DNA of 64,000 bases, taken from assembly GCA_047495785.1 (NCBI GenBank), contig JBLDXI010000017.1, forward strand, positions 992,001-1,056,000. Direction: 5' to 3'. Below the pieces are notes generated by a model. It was not told the DNA's origin, did no database searches, and was given only the letters and a program-made list of their open reading frames with translations. A program made the position numbers and the translations under genes. This DNA comes from Lepidodermella squamata (lineage: Eukaryota; Animalia; Gastrotricha). Shown in pieces: positions 16,494 through 28,553 of the stretch (the first letter of the stretch is position 1; the number at the start of each line of letters is the position of its first letter).

Positions 16494-19400
16494 TCAAGCG
16501 CTGTGGTCGTTGACGTAGGCGTGAAGACAGGGCAAAAGTTGGGCAATAACTCGATCAGCCCAAGTTTTACCCGTCGGGTACAGGCCCTCGGCGAACCCGA
16601 TGTGGCCGCCTCGAGCCGCTAGAATGACAGCAAGCGGCCCTGGGGTGAACGGTCCAGCTTCACTTTTCGCAGTGTTCGGCAATTTCGCGATTTCACCGAG
16701 CGGGATTGTTTCTTCTAGGGCGAAAACATCATCAGCGGCCTGAATTGAGACAACGGGAACGGGCAGAGCGCGGAAATGTCGGATCGGCGCGATGGCGTCG
16801 TAGTAATCGGCCGGCGTGGCGAAACCGAACATCGGGCAGATCAGCGACTGGTCAATATGGCGAACGCGATCGGCTTTGAACAGCGTCTCGAAGTCATACG
16901 TCGACGAGGCGTATTCGTCATTTTCGAAAACGTGGAAATGATGTCGGATTTTATTGACAATATTCATCGCCAGACTAAAAATTGAAAAAATTAGTAAAAT
17001 TTTAATTTCAATCTTTTAATTTTAATTTTAATTTTAATCTAATTCATCACCAGACTAAAACTTGGAAATTAGTTTCGAATTTTTATTCGAATTTTCGGCG
17101 AATTTTTTGGAAAAATGTGGAAATTCGGCTTACTGTCGATTGAAAGCCCATCGATTGACGGGTTTTTCGAGGCTTTGAGCCGATCGCTGGCAGTCCCACG
17201 GCATAGAAACGGTGATGCAGGCGCGAATGAGAGGCTTGTTAACGGGTTTGCAGCTGACGAGATAGTTGTACCAGATGATGCCGCCGAGGGAGATGCCACA
17301 ACCGTACAGAGGAGCACGCGGGTAGCTTTTCACGATTTCGTGCAGGCCCCATGTCAAATCATCGTAAGAAGCTGCCGAATAATAGCGAGGAGTCTAAAAT
17401 CATAAAAAAATATGTTTACAATTTTTTTCAAAAGTGAAAGGAAGAATTTTGAAAGATTTATTGAAAAATCCATCATAATTAAATATTTCCATCGAAAATT
17501 TTGATTTCAAATAATTTTATCAATTTTCCATTTTTTTAGTTCAGATTGATTTTCCTTACTTCAATCTGTCGATTCAAGTAAATTGGGCGGTACTTTCTAC
17601 AAGAACTATTTTCGGCAATTTTTCTAAAATTCAACGTTTCAGCAATTCGATTTCTATCGGCAAGGAAGAGGCAATATCGGCGCCGAGGCCGACTCGGATG
17701 TTGCTGAGTATGGCGTCGCTTCTCAAACTGGGCTCGGTGAAACTTCTCAGTTACTACATTTACTTCATTTACTGGCTTTTCTGAAGCCGGGAGCAGTGGC
17801 GGTGGCCGAGGTAGCAATTCAAAACCTGAGCGCGGTAGTGGCAATCAAGGTGGATCATCTTCACAAGACGGGCGTAGTAGCAGTATCAGTGCTGGCTTCC
17901 CTCAAGCCGGGAGCAGTGGCGGCCGTGGCGCAACTGTGGACGCGGTGATCACCCTGCGCTTGGAGTGATCGTTGGTTATACTTTACACGTCGATGCATAG
18001 GCGGCTTTCATTGCCGAAAAAAACGCCGCAATATCAAATAGCCAACAAAGTTTTCTTCTCGATTCTCAGGGCAACTTACCATCCAGTTTGCCGTCTTCAT
18101 TGGCCCCAGACAGCCAGGAAATTATAAGGCAGCAACAACGGCTTCGTTTCCCGGCTGTGGTAATGGCAGCCACTGGGCCTGGTAATACCATCTCAGAAGC
18201 GGCCTACAATAGTCAAAGACTTGGCGAACGTATTGAGGACGTCACCCATGATTGGCTGGAGCCCTATCGATTTGCGCAGGTCATGCTTGTCGAGGCGCGG
18301 CGTACGAGGTTCGCCCTGTCGCTTAAGAACCGGCGAATGTAAATTCGGTGGAGAGGCAAATTCAACATCTGAACACTCAGGTGAAGTCACTAAATGCACA
18401 AGTGGCAAGCCTCACGGCGATCTACCAAGAGACACATGAAATTACCCAAATATGCGAAACTCCCCGAAATTCGCCACTGTATCAAAAAATCAACGCGATT
18501 TATTCCTTAAAAGCAACTTGAATTGTTTGCTTTTTTCGCCCGAACTAAAACAAAATTCTCTTGCACACCGTGTAGGATATTCGAAACTCTAGTCCGCAAT
18601 AAAATCCTCGACCATCTACTTTAGCATAATATCATATCTGCTGAACAACATGGCTTAATGCTACTACAACACAGATGCTCGAATGTTTCTTCGACTGGCC
18701 CTTTGCCCTGGAAAATTCTGAATTTGACATGGTCTATATTGATTTCGCCAATGCATTTGAAACGGTAAGCTGATTTTGAAACTCGAATCTCTTGGTATAT
18801 CTGGAAATCTTCTTCTTTGGCTTCAATCCTAATTGAACGATTGCACTCGAAATTACTCAGTTAATACGAAATTCCCCAAAATTCGCCACCGTATTTGTAA
18901 AAAAAATTCAAATTGCTCAAGAGGCTAATTTTTAGTTAAATTCGATGAAGCTAATGTGTCGGACTGATATTATTCCGAGCTCGCGAGAGAACATTTACGA
19001 AAAACTCAAGAGCAACTGTCGAAACTGGCTACAATAAGTGTGACATTCATCCCCGAAAGTTAAAAAAGTCAAATGTTTTGAAGATTTCCAAGATTCCCAA
19101 GATTCCCGAAAGATTCCCAAGTCTCCCCCGTTACCCGTTAAGGGAGGCACGGTGGCTCAGTTGGGTCGTTGAGCAATTGAAGGGATTAGAGGTTCAAGTC
19201 CTAGTGACGGAACCAGGATCGAGTCCCGCAAGACTCGAAAACGTAATCAGTAAATATGGAACTCTGCATCCCGACGGTGGTGCCTACGCAAAGGGTCTGT
19301 TCGCCATTTTCTTCAGCCGAAAACAGCTGACAACACAAACAATTAGCGGACGAGAGCCCGGCAACGAGAAGGCGGGCAAACGAACCCGTTCAGAGTGGAA

Positions 19401-20354
19401 GCTGGACGAAAAGCTGAGCAAAACAATATTTGGTGAATATTTGGTAAAACAGAACCTAACTAGGGCCAATGTAGGCACAACATGGGCCCATTGAGGTAAG
19501 GCCTACCATAGGCCTACCAACTGACTTTTGACTGAGCCCCCTCGGCCCCGGTTTTACCAGTCCATCGCGTTACAAAATAGAAAGTTGGGAGGCTGGGAGT
19601 GTCAGCTAGACTGCACCAGTCGAATTCCGTCATACGGAAAAGTGAGTCTCATTAGTCCGCAAAGTTCGCTCTAAATTCGTTTTTCTCATTTTCTAGACTA
19701 GAAAAACAGTTTTTCAAAGCTAGCCCTCGTTACGGTACTCAATTTTCACGGATCTTGCATAGAGTTTTGAAGCAGTTAAAAGATAAATTAAAAAAGCTAT
19801 TAAATGGTTTTCTTTACCAATAAAGGCAAGTTTCCATTGCCGCGGTAGATAAGAACAGCGGCTCTAAAACCTTGCTGCGTGACTTCTTGGACTAGATGGC
19901 CAATGTAGGCTTCACTCGAATCACCAGTTAACCCAGGCAGAATGACTACAATAGGCGTTAGCGCTTTGCTCTCAGCGTCCTTCGACTCGAAATCAGTCGG
20001 ATTAAGCCAATCAAAGGCAATGAGGCCGCCATCAGGCAGCGGCACCAATTGCCGCTCGAAATTGACAACGGGTCGCGTTTGAATGTAGTGTCTTATCGCG
20101 GTTTGAAGGCGAGTTTCAAACGCCCAGAACGTTGGCCAGAATGTTTCATTCGTTATCGGGCAAGATTTGGCGATGTAGTCGCGAAATTTGTCACTTGAAC
20201 AGACAATCGACGGTTTCTATAAAATTCAAACAAATTAAACTAAAATTAATAAAAAAAATGAAAATTTCATTACCTTAGCTACCTTAACGAGGTAGTAAAT
20301 CAGGTAGAGAGTCACAACAATGAGGATGTCTTTGAAGTTGATGTCGATTTCCAT
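16494..20354 (-). CDS. Alpha/beta hydrolase, ABHD1/2/3 family, paralogue 1 (exons 20354-20274, 20216-19818, 17393-17134, 16974-16494)
   Basis: N-terminal TM segment; FWPTFW, LPDGGLIAFDW, ILPGLTG; nucleophile GISLG, acid QAADD, His RGGHIGF. Exons join in frame (1221 nt). Confidence 0.9.
18562..18850 (+). mobile_element. Degenerate CR1/L2-type LINE reverse transcriptase fragment in the ABHD intron
   Basis: Conceptual translation with stops and frameshifts: TPCRIFETLVRNKILDHLL*HNIISAEQHG / TTTQMLECFFDW..DMVYIDFANAFETVS / KLESLGISGNLLLWLQS, which are the conserved early RT motifs. Confidence 0.75.
19144..19230 (+). mobile_element. tRNA-derived SINE head or tRNA pseudogene
   Basis: Pol III A box TGGCTCAGTTGG (~19153) and B box GGTTCAAGTCC (19191-19201), plus a second B-box-like GGATCGAGTCCC. 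No proper cloverleaf. Confidence 0.55.
19230..19432 (+). pseudogene. BEN-domain-like coding fragment nested antisense in the ABHD intron
   Basis: GAYAKGLFAIFFSRKQLTTQTISG....KLDEKLSKTIF matches the recalled BEN pattern (A..L....Fs.eeL...t.sG...LD). It ends at a GT donor; neighbouring pieces contain stops. Confidence 0.45.
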
Positions 20355-20731
20355 CTCGCCGTATTAATATTCAAGTAACATGCGACTAGATGAAAAAAAT
20401 TAGAACATTTTTTTAAAAGCTATGGCTTTGTTCATTTCTCTCCTTCAATTTAATTTCCGATATAACCACGCGTACATTATCACGCAACCATGAGCATCGC
20501 CAGACACGAACATGGTACAAAAAAATAGTGTATATAAACATACGATGGATAGACAATAGGACTAAAAATAGTATAGGTAATTGCATGTCTTTCTCAAAAA
20601 AAATATAGCTTCCTTTCTCAAATACTTGGTTCATCTGCACAAAGATTTCATTATGAAATAATATTATGAAACTAGAGAATTCGAACATACTACAACACCG
20701 AGGTGAATGCATTTTTTAAAACAATTTTTAT

Positions 20732-20840
20732 AGCCGAGTTTACAGGTTAAAAAGCCTTGATACAACATCGAAAACAGCCATTTTTGTTTATTAGACAGCA
20801 GAAACTGAGCTCGATTCAGATTTATAATGTAAACTCGGCT
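20732..20840. mobile_element. Small MITE-like inverted-repeat element
   Basis: 13-bp perfect inverted repeat AGCCGAGTTTACA / TGTAAACTCGGCT. Confidence 0.45.
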
Positions 20841-20971
20841 TTTTTCGAAGTAAAGCAGGAAAAAAACGACCGGTTAGTTGCATGACGTGTTTTTATGATT
20901 GAAAGCGCGAATTTTTCAATCGCCAATATTTTTTTATGTTATGTTTTATCGATTATTTTTTTAACGATTTC

Positions 20972-22703
20972 CTACTCCTGCTCAAGCGTGTACAAGTGCA
21001 GAGCCGTGAGAAGTTGCCCCGTCATTTTGTCCGCCCAAGTTCTTCCGGTCGGATACAAGCCCTCGGCGAAGCCAATGTGCCCGCCACGAGCCGTTAGGAT
21101 AACAGCCAACGGGCCCTTTTCGCCACCTTCAGCCGGCAAGTTCGCAATCTCATCCAATGGAATGGTATTTTCCAGGGCGAAAAAGTCATCCGCGGCCTGG
21201 ATAGACACAACCGGGCATGGCATTGATCGAAAATGTTCGGTGGGCGATGTTTTCGTGTAGTAGTCGTGCTCGTCTTCATAGCCGAACATTGGCGCGACTA
21301 GGTGCCGATCGACCATGCGAATTCGGTCGGATTTCAGAACGGCATCAACGTTGATTTTCGACGAGAAACTTTCATCGCCCCGTAAATTATCGAAATGAGG
21401 ACCAAATCGGCGAATTATATTATCTTTCAGCCTGGAGAAAAAATATGATAAATTAATAAAAATGCCACCTTAATTCGTAAAATTAGGATTAGTTTAACTC
21501 ACGGTCGATTGAAGGCGATGAGGTTGATAGGCTGCTCCATTGTATCGCTGGACTTTTTAATGTCCCAAACCATGGAAATAGTGACACAGGCCCGCAACAT
21601 GCATTTCTCACGGGGTTGGCAGCTATCCAAATAATTGTAGAGAATAATAGCTCCGAGTGAAATGCCACAACCGTAAACGGGAGCGTGAGGGTACAGCAGT
21701 TTTAGCTCGTGAAGCGCCCAAGCAAGGTCGTCATACGACGAAGCACAATAAAATCGAGGAGTCTGGAAAAAAATTGAACAAAAAATCACATTTTAGAATC
21801 TTCAAGCGCCAAAATTCCAAATTTTGTTTAAAATTATTCAAAAGCAAAAACGGGAAAAATTAGAATGACCCGATTATTTGAATTAAAATCAGAAAAATTA
21901 TGAAAAGTCATTAGAAAGGAAATTACTATGAAATTTTCAAAGGAAATAAAAATTCGGACCAATAATTATCAAATCAGTTACCTTCGGGTTTTTTCGGGTA
22001 AAATTTGAATTTCTGCGGTATCGGGAACGATAAATAAAAAATTCGTGGGTTTAAATTAAAAAATTGTCTATCCTCAAAAAGTAGAAAACTCAATTACATG
22101 GTTGGGCAACTTATGGGTCAAGCTTGAAATAAAAATGACTGAATCACCCCTAAAAGTATTTACCAGCAGAGGTAGATTTCCATTGCCGCGGTAAATGAAA
22201 ACAGCAGCTCTAAAACCGTGTAGATTCGCTTCCTTTGCCAAATGGCCAATATAAGCATCGCCCGAGTTACCAGTCAGCCCGGGTAGGATGACCACAACCG
22301 GTGTTCTAGCCTTATCTTCATCACTTTTATGCTCATAGCCCTGCGGGTTAAGCCAATCAAACGCGACGAGACCGCCGTCCGGCAGCGGAACTAATTGACG
22401 ATGATAGCTGATGGTTAGATGGGATTGCAGGAAATGACGAATAGCAGTTTGAAGATGGGCCTCAATGCCCCATACTGTCGGCCAAAATCGCTCGTTAGCG
22501 GCCGGGCACGCCTTTGCCAAAAATTCTCGAAATTTAGGATTGGAACAAACAATACGAGGTCTCTGAAAATTAAATTAAAAAACCAATATTGTGGGCAAGT
22601 GAATTAATTCAGCTAAACATACCTTAACGACTTTCACGAAGTAATAGATCAAATAAAGAACACCGATGGCCACAGCATTATTGGCAAAATCGAGGTAACC
22701 CAT
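20972..22703 (-). CDS. Alpha/beta hydrolase, ABHD1/2/3 family, paralogue 2 (exons 22703-22623, 22562-22164, 21762-21503, 21431-20972)
   Basis: Same motifs as paralogue 1 (GISLG, QAADD, RGGHIGF). The first three exons have identical sizes (81/399/260 nt), indicating tandem duplication. Confidence 0.9.
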
Positions 22704-22786
22704 ATTTAATAAGAGGTGGAGGACCTAAGCGAAATGGATTAAACAATCAATATTTATCACCTTGTGTCCACCGCGGGTTAAAGAGA

Positions 22787-25700
22787 CTACTCTGTTTTAG
22801 CCAAGGCACAACGCAAACTTGAAAGAAATAGATGAAGCGAAGTCAAATTGTGAATCATCAACAAAATCTGGCCTAAAATCTCATCGACCGCTATCAAATG
22901 GGTAACATAGGCCCTGGTGAAAGGTTTCGAGCAGGCATAGCATGGGCAATGCGAGTCGACCGGTGTAAAATCAGCCATCAGGTGTGCTTTCTCGGCTTTG
23001 AAGTCGAAAATTGAGCATAATTTCGCTAGATCTTCAACCTTCGCCGCGGCGGCTTGTTTCGAGTCGAAAATCAGCGCTTTACCTTCCTCCGTCAGCTGAT
23101 ACGCGTAGGAAGTGTCGAAAATGTCTACGCCAAGGTGCAGGACGGCGTCGACAATTTGTTGCGGCTTGAAGCAGCCGGGCAAAAAGCGCGGCTTATCGAC
23201 TGTAAGTGGCGCAAGACTGGCTTCGAATAGCTGAGCAAACTCAGCTGACGCAAAATTGTAGCTGTCATCTAGCGACGAAGTGCCACCGTAATGTAGTGCA
23301 TCGATAACGTAACTTGAATAAATAAATAAAACGGAATATTATAGAGCTGAGTGAAGTATTTTCAGGCTTAGTCACACTATATAGGCACTCGAAGATCAAA
23401 CTCCACGCTGCTGTATTGCCGGTCAGAGTACAAAGTCCGACGGCACGCGCCAAAATCAAATTTAGCAATACATAACTACAGAAGACAAACTGCGCAAGTA
23501 CAATAAATAGTACGATTTTAGTATTACACAAGTCCAAAGGTCGATTTTTTTGCCCACTCGCACACATTTGTTATCGCTTAGCATTTTCTAGCCAACAAAT
23601 GGTGCGAAAAGGTTAGCAGCTACTACCGGCCGGTGGTTTTGTTCCATTGATGGATAGTTTTTCTCATTTTTTTTCACTTTACTCCCTAATCGCAACGTTT
23701 AAGACGAACGATCCCAGATAAAATTTGGTTTCATTCAAGTTTCAGGGCACAATACATTTTAGCTACATTTTTGCATGTATTTACAATTTTTTTTCCTATT
23801 AAAATTTGTATGTGAGTAGCGTTTGTATGTTGGTCTGTAGTGTATGTTTGGCACAATAGTAATTTTTCGAATAATTTCCTTAAATCATGATTAATCCGTT
23901 TCAGCTGAGAACTTGAACAAAAAAATCCCGCACAATTATATGCTAATTTATTCAGATTTTTTAAACCAATCACGATATTCTCAAATTTTCAATTTTAGCA
24001 AATTATTATTTAAAAAGGACGGTACTTTTGGCCGCAGCAAATTTACATTTATTCAATCATGGACGCCAGGTTACGTTTGATAAGAAGCTAATCACGACGC
24101 CAGTTGATAGCGGGGTTCGAGGGCTATCGATTGGCACTAATGTTGCCAAACGAACCCTTTTCAAGTTTCACCAATAGTGTGATTTGTGAGACAAAAGTAT
24201 GATGACTTCGGACTATCCATCATATCCCCAAATTAGTCAATCTTTTATTAATGAGTTAGGGCTTTTTCGACAGCCCTAATCCTCCTCTATCAGAATAAGT
24301 GAGAATCCCAAGATTTGGAGAAAAATTGGAGATGCTGGAAAGAAAATAAAGAAATTTGCTGCGGAAAAGAGTATGAATTTGCTGCGGGTTAAAGTATTTT
24401 TCTTTAAAAATTAAGGTGCAAACTTTCATACATATGTTTTTTCATTTAATTAGAGCTGGAAACGTAAAGAAAATGGCAGCGGACTTTGGGTTTAAAAAAA
24501 ACAGGGTCCTGAAAACGTAGCCAATTTTTTCCGCTTGAAAATAGTTATTGGTGAAGTGCAAGGGCCCTGAAATTTAAGTTTGGAAAACTTGAAAATCGAC
24601 CTAAACCTATCCTTAATCTTAACCCTGAACTCTAACCAAGCCCTAAAACTAACCCTAACCCTAACCCTAACCCTGACTCCTATTCGTCGTTATGATGAAA
24701 AACACAATATTATGAACAAAATATGTATGAAAGGTAAAAAATTCATACATAAATATGTATGAAAGAACACTTCGTAACAATTATTTAGTTCAGTCAAAAA
24801 TGTTGCTCATCGATTATTGATTATTCGGAAAAATGTAAGCAAAACTCTATTTAATTTTGGCCTACTCCCTTGAGGCAGTACCCTAATGAGAAGGGTTATG
24901 GATACAGCGGAAATTTGAATGCCCTCAACGTACAGTGTTACTGCTACGTACATTACTAGATTACATTCTAGATTACAATGTTACTAGCGAAAAATGATGT
25001 ATTTTTCGCAAGGGGATTCGATATAAATGGTACAAATAGTCATATTAAGACAGCGAAAAACCTTCAACTCAGGCCTGATACTGAGAAGTTAAAATGGATA
25101 TAGCGCCTAAATTTTCAATAGCGTAAATTTTCACAACGTTCACAGTTATTACTACTTCAGTAGAACGTCTTACAATGTTTACTAACAAACATGAAATCAG
25201 AGTAAATCCTTTAATGCAGACGCTTTCTATTTTTCAACTTTGATCCTCAGAGTATTATTCATTATACGCATCTGCGGATTAATAAAATAAATCCCTCTAC
25301 GGCAAAAATCGCAGATGAGATTACGCAGCTAGAAAAAAACGTACCCGGATACAAGATGATCCACCTGTTTGACATCGCTAGCAAATTTAGCGCGGATTTG
25401 ATCGTTAAAGCCACCCACTAAACTCGCGAATGCTCCAACGCCACTCAAGCCGTTAGTCTCGCCCTTCAGCTTCTTCACAGTTTCGTTAAGGTAGCTTACA
25501 GAGCGAGAATACGATTTTTCTAGCCGTTTTTTCGGGCACACTCGGTCGGTATCATTGTCGCATAGCACTTGAAACGCATCAGGTTTGACCCGGCGAAGTA
25601 ATTTAAGCTGGTCGTCGATATTTACCAGCATTTTCCCACCGACCAAAAACACACTAACACCCTCACCACGATTCAAACCGGGTAGAAAACCAGTTGCGGC

Positions 25701-26082
25701 TTGATCGCTGACCGTTGCGAGGAAAAAGTGCGGTTTCAAGTCTTTTCCGCCTATCATATCACGTACTCCGAGTTGAGGTGATAAAGCTGAACTTTCAAAT
25801 GTTTCAACCGATTGAAACAGGCCATTTAATGGGGCGCAGATGAAAGATAAAGCGTCGAACGGCAAGTTTTTAGCAAGATCTGGCGTTAAATATGGGACAA
25901 CACCGCATCTACGCAATAAAATGAATTTTCAAATTTTATCAAGGTGAATTTTCTTTAACAAACCTAGAATATGTTAACAGGCCAGGTGTTTCAAGCTTTT
26001 TAGAAATCCCATTACGAACACATTCAAAAGTACCAAGTCGAGCTTTTGATGAGGTGATGGCACGGCCCAGATTGAAGGACAT
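22787..26082 (-). CDS. QTRT2: Queuine tRNA-ribosyltransferase accessory subunit (exons 26082-25964, 25908-25345, 23312-22787; ~402 aa)
   Basis: ARLG..ETPGLLTYSRCGVVPYLTPD, KKRLEKS, GVDIFDTSY, and the Zn site CPCYAC..FTRAYVTHL..EILGQILLMIHN. Exons join in frame. Confidence 0.9.
24020..24397. mobile_element. MITE-like element in the QTRT2 intron
   Basis: CCGCAGCAAATT near 24031 has inverted copies AATTTGCTGCGG at ~24353 and ~24376. Ends are approximate. Confidence 0.45.
24417..24770. mobile_element. MITE-like element carrying internal telomeric-type repeats
   Basis: CTTTCATACATAT (24423-24435) has inverted copies ATATGTATGAAAG at 24721-24733 and 24753-24765, with a degenerate CCCTAA tract between them. 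Confidence 0.5.
24600..24675. repeat. Interstitial (CCCTAA)n/(TTAGGG)n telomere-like repeat
   Basis: About 4 perfect CTAACC units preceded by degenerate units. Confidence 0.85.
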
Positions 26083-26821
26083 TTTCGGACAGTCACTCAT
26101 TGTAATAATCACTATCGTTAATTTATTGAAATTGAAAATTGATTATTCTCCAGGGCGGGGGATACGCTTGTTTTCCCACTGATTGCCTGAGCTTTTCAAT
26201 TTCTAATAAATCGTGAGGAAAAATATTAGAGACGCTCTCTTTCGTAAAAAAAAGTCTCAAATTACATTATATTGCGAGTCGATAGATACTTCTTGTTTGG
26301 GCTTGACTTTGATACCCAACTGTTCTACTTCTTCGCGAGTGAGCTGAAGCCAAAAAAGTTAATAGAACGTAAAAAGATACTAACGACTCACATATTTATT
26401 TGAATTAAATTCGTAGCGGATCGATGTGAAATGCACGAGGAACGCGGAGCCGCCGATAACTAGCGTCTGCAAAACAAACAAATGTGTGTGTGTGTGCAAA
26501 ATAACTATTGCGTCAAAATAACAAACCAGAACCGGAAGTCCGAATTTTAAAAAATGGCTAGGGGCCATGAAAACATACTTAATGAATAAAACTCTAAAAT
26601 TTAAAGAAAACATTTGAAAATTCATCGATTTCATTAATTTTTAGTTTCAACCATGGCTGTGAATTCAATTTCCGTTAATTCAAACCATCGCTAAATAGGT
26701 GTGTATATCATAGCTAACAAGAGGTCGAGGCGATTGAATTAACAAACGGTAGTTGACGGAGCTGGATCTAAGTAACGACGGTAACACAAGTTATTATACC
26801 AGACTTAGTCGCCTTAATTGA

Positions 26822-27391
26822 TCAATGGTGGCCATGACCGTGGTGACCAGGAGGGTCGAAGGTGTAGTGGGTGACAGTGGTTCGGCGATCTTCGGAAATA
26901 GGAAGACCATCAGTCCAGAATGGATATTGTTTTGGTTTGTAGGGCTTTGGCACCCTGAGAGGATTGAAGTAAACGGCAGCTCCGACAAGGCCGATAGCAG
27001 TAGCCATGAAACTGATCATGTACCACCAAGGGAGTGGCGGTTTAAAAGTAGGATTCCACAGAAATTCGACCATGAAATCTTGCATCCAATGCATTGGTTC
27101 ACCGTAGTTACGCTTTCGCGCAGGCATGTCCCAACGGTCATAATAATCACGAACAGCCATTCCGACAGGTGGGAGGTCTGGGTAATCGCCAAGACCTAAG
27201 CCATCATCGGCGAACGGCTTGTAGTCAGCGGGTACAAGGCCGTATTTCTTTGCAGCGGCAGCGTGTTCTTCGTCAGATTTCGGATAAGGTCCAGGCTTCC
27301 AGTCACGGTGCCAAGCTGAAGCCTGGCGGGCGATGAGGATCCGTGGCACGGCCAAGGATTTACGCGAAATAGCTTGCAACGCCAAGCTCAT
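26822..27391 (-). CDS. NDUFB8: NADH dehydrogenase (ubiquinone) 1 beta subcomplex subunit 8, single coding exon
   Basis: Mitochondrial presequence, then WHRDWKPGPYPKSDEEHAAAAKKYGL..DYKPFADDGLGLGDYPDLP, WDMPARKRNYGEPMH, a single TM segment and PKQYP. Confidence 0.95.
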   Translation of the reverse strand: MSLALQAISRKSLAVPRILIARQASAWHRDWKPGPYPKSDEEHAAAAKKYGLVPADYKPFADDGLGLGDYPDLPPVGMAVRDYYDRWDMPARKRNYGEPMHWMQDFMVEFLWNPTFKPPLPWWYMISFMATAIGLVGAAVYFNPLRVPKPYKPKQYPFWTDGLPISEDRRTTVTHYTFDPPGHHGHGHH

Positions 27392-28303
27392 TTTAAAACC
27401 TATGAAACGAAAAGCAGATAGTCCTTTAACAATCGGCGACAGCTAAGAGTTCAGAATACTTCAAGAAGTCGCAATTCACGCAATTGAATAAGTGGCACAT
27501 GTTAATAGGAAATAACAAATAATCCAGCACGCTAAAGGAGCTTCGCTCTAAAATTGGTAAGTAACAAGTGAAATTATGATTTTCGTCTGCTCTTCAGCTG
27601 ATCTTGAAGCTTCAAGCAAAAACACTATGCATGCAGTGTGCCTAGTACTTAGGGAAGGAACAACATTTACTGCCTACTGCCTTCTTGCAAAACTTCGTTG
27701 TCACTTCCTCAGCTAGCTCAGACCCCAGGTAATCTACCGAATTACAAGGCTCGGTCAGCTTCGCAGTAGCTGCGATAAGGGGTTGCTTGAAGAGTGCACG
27801 CATTCTACAGCGTCTACCGAAAACGAGGGAACGATGGCGCCCGTCAACATTCTACATGATTTCACGCAATAACACCCTGGTACCTGGTGCTGGCACAACT
27901 GGAACGTGTATCAATCATCAAGTCGATGGTTTCTTTCAAAGGGGTGCCTGGAACCCCTGGATCTTTCCCATCGTCGCAACTGCAGCTTTGGCGAGCTTTG
28001 GCAACGAAGCAGGCGCGCCTGGGTGTTTAATCTGGAAATCTTTCCATAACAACGCCGCAGTACAAGTAGCATTCTAACATTACTCGTCAAGGCCAGCATC
28101 TCATATATATCAGGGCAACCTTTCCTCGGGCTCTCTTCTGCAAAACGTTACAGCTTCGCGAAACAGGTTCTTTCTTGGTTCTCCTTGAGCATCTTAATTA
28201 TTGATAGTTTTATAATGTTGAACTATAATATTTTTTAATGATATATATTCATAAAATTACAGTTTCAAGTTAGTTTTTAGTACATGCATTTCGTTAGTGA
28301 TAT

Positions 28304-28319
28304 TGTTTACGCTAGCAAC
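28304..28319. promoter_or_regulatory. Overlapping Forkhead (TGTTTAC) and RFX X-box-like (GTTGCTAGCGTAAAC on minus) motif upstream of the whirlin-like gene
   Basis: Sequence TGTTTACGCTAGCAAC, about 250 bp before the main whirlin exon. Confidence 0.4.
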
Positions 28320-28553
28320 GCTTCACCTGTATGGCTTTGTCGATTTCAAGTGGTTAGTCACTTCGGTTATCGTTGAGTAAGCTCGTGCCACAGAGCGATC
28401 AAAATTGCATGGAAGTTAATCCTCTTGTATTAACAGCAAATACTGGTACTGATGGAATTTAGACTTTTTCTGTACTTCTCCACCATGTCTCTCGACAACC
28501 TTCCTCATTTAACCCTAGAAATTTGTAATCAGTCATTTCCTTTCATCCATTAG

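Noticed and set aside
19144-19230. Functional tRNA gene
   Set aside because: A and B boxes are present, but there is no convincing acceptor or anticodon stem pairing. Treated as a SINE head.
24600-24675. True telomere or chromosome fusion site
   Set aside because: Short, degenerate, in a single orientation, and inside a MITE-like element within an intron.
26822-27391. NDUFB8 as a processed retrocopy
   Set aside because: The ORF is intact, with no poly(A) tract or target duplication. Intron-poor genes are common in this window.
27787-28099. Short ORFs between NDUFB8 and whirlin
   Set aside because: No recognisable domain; possibly decayed transposon sequence, but this cannot be supported.
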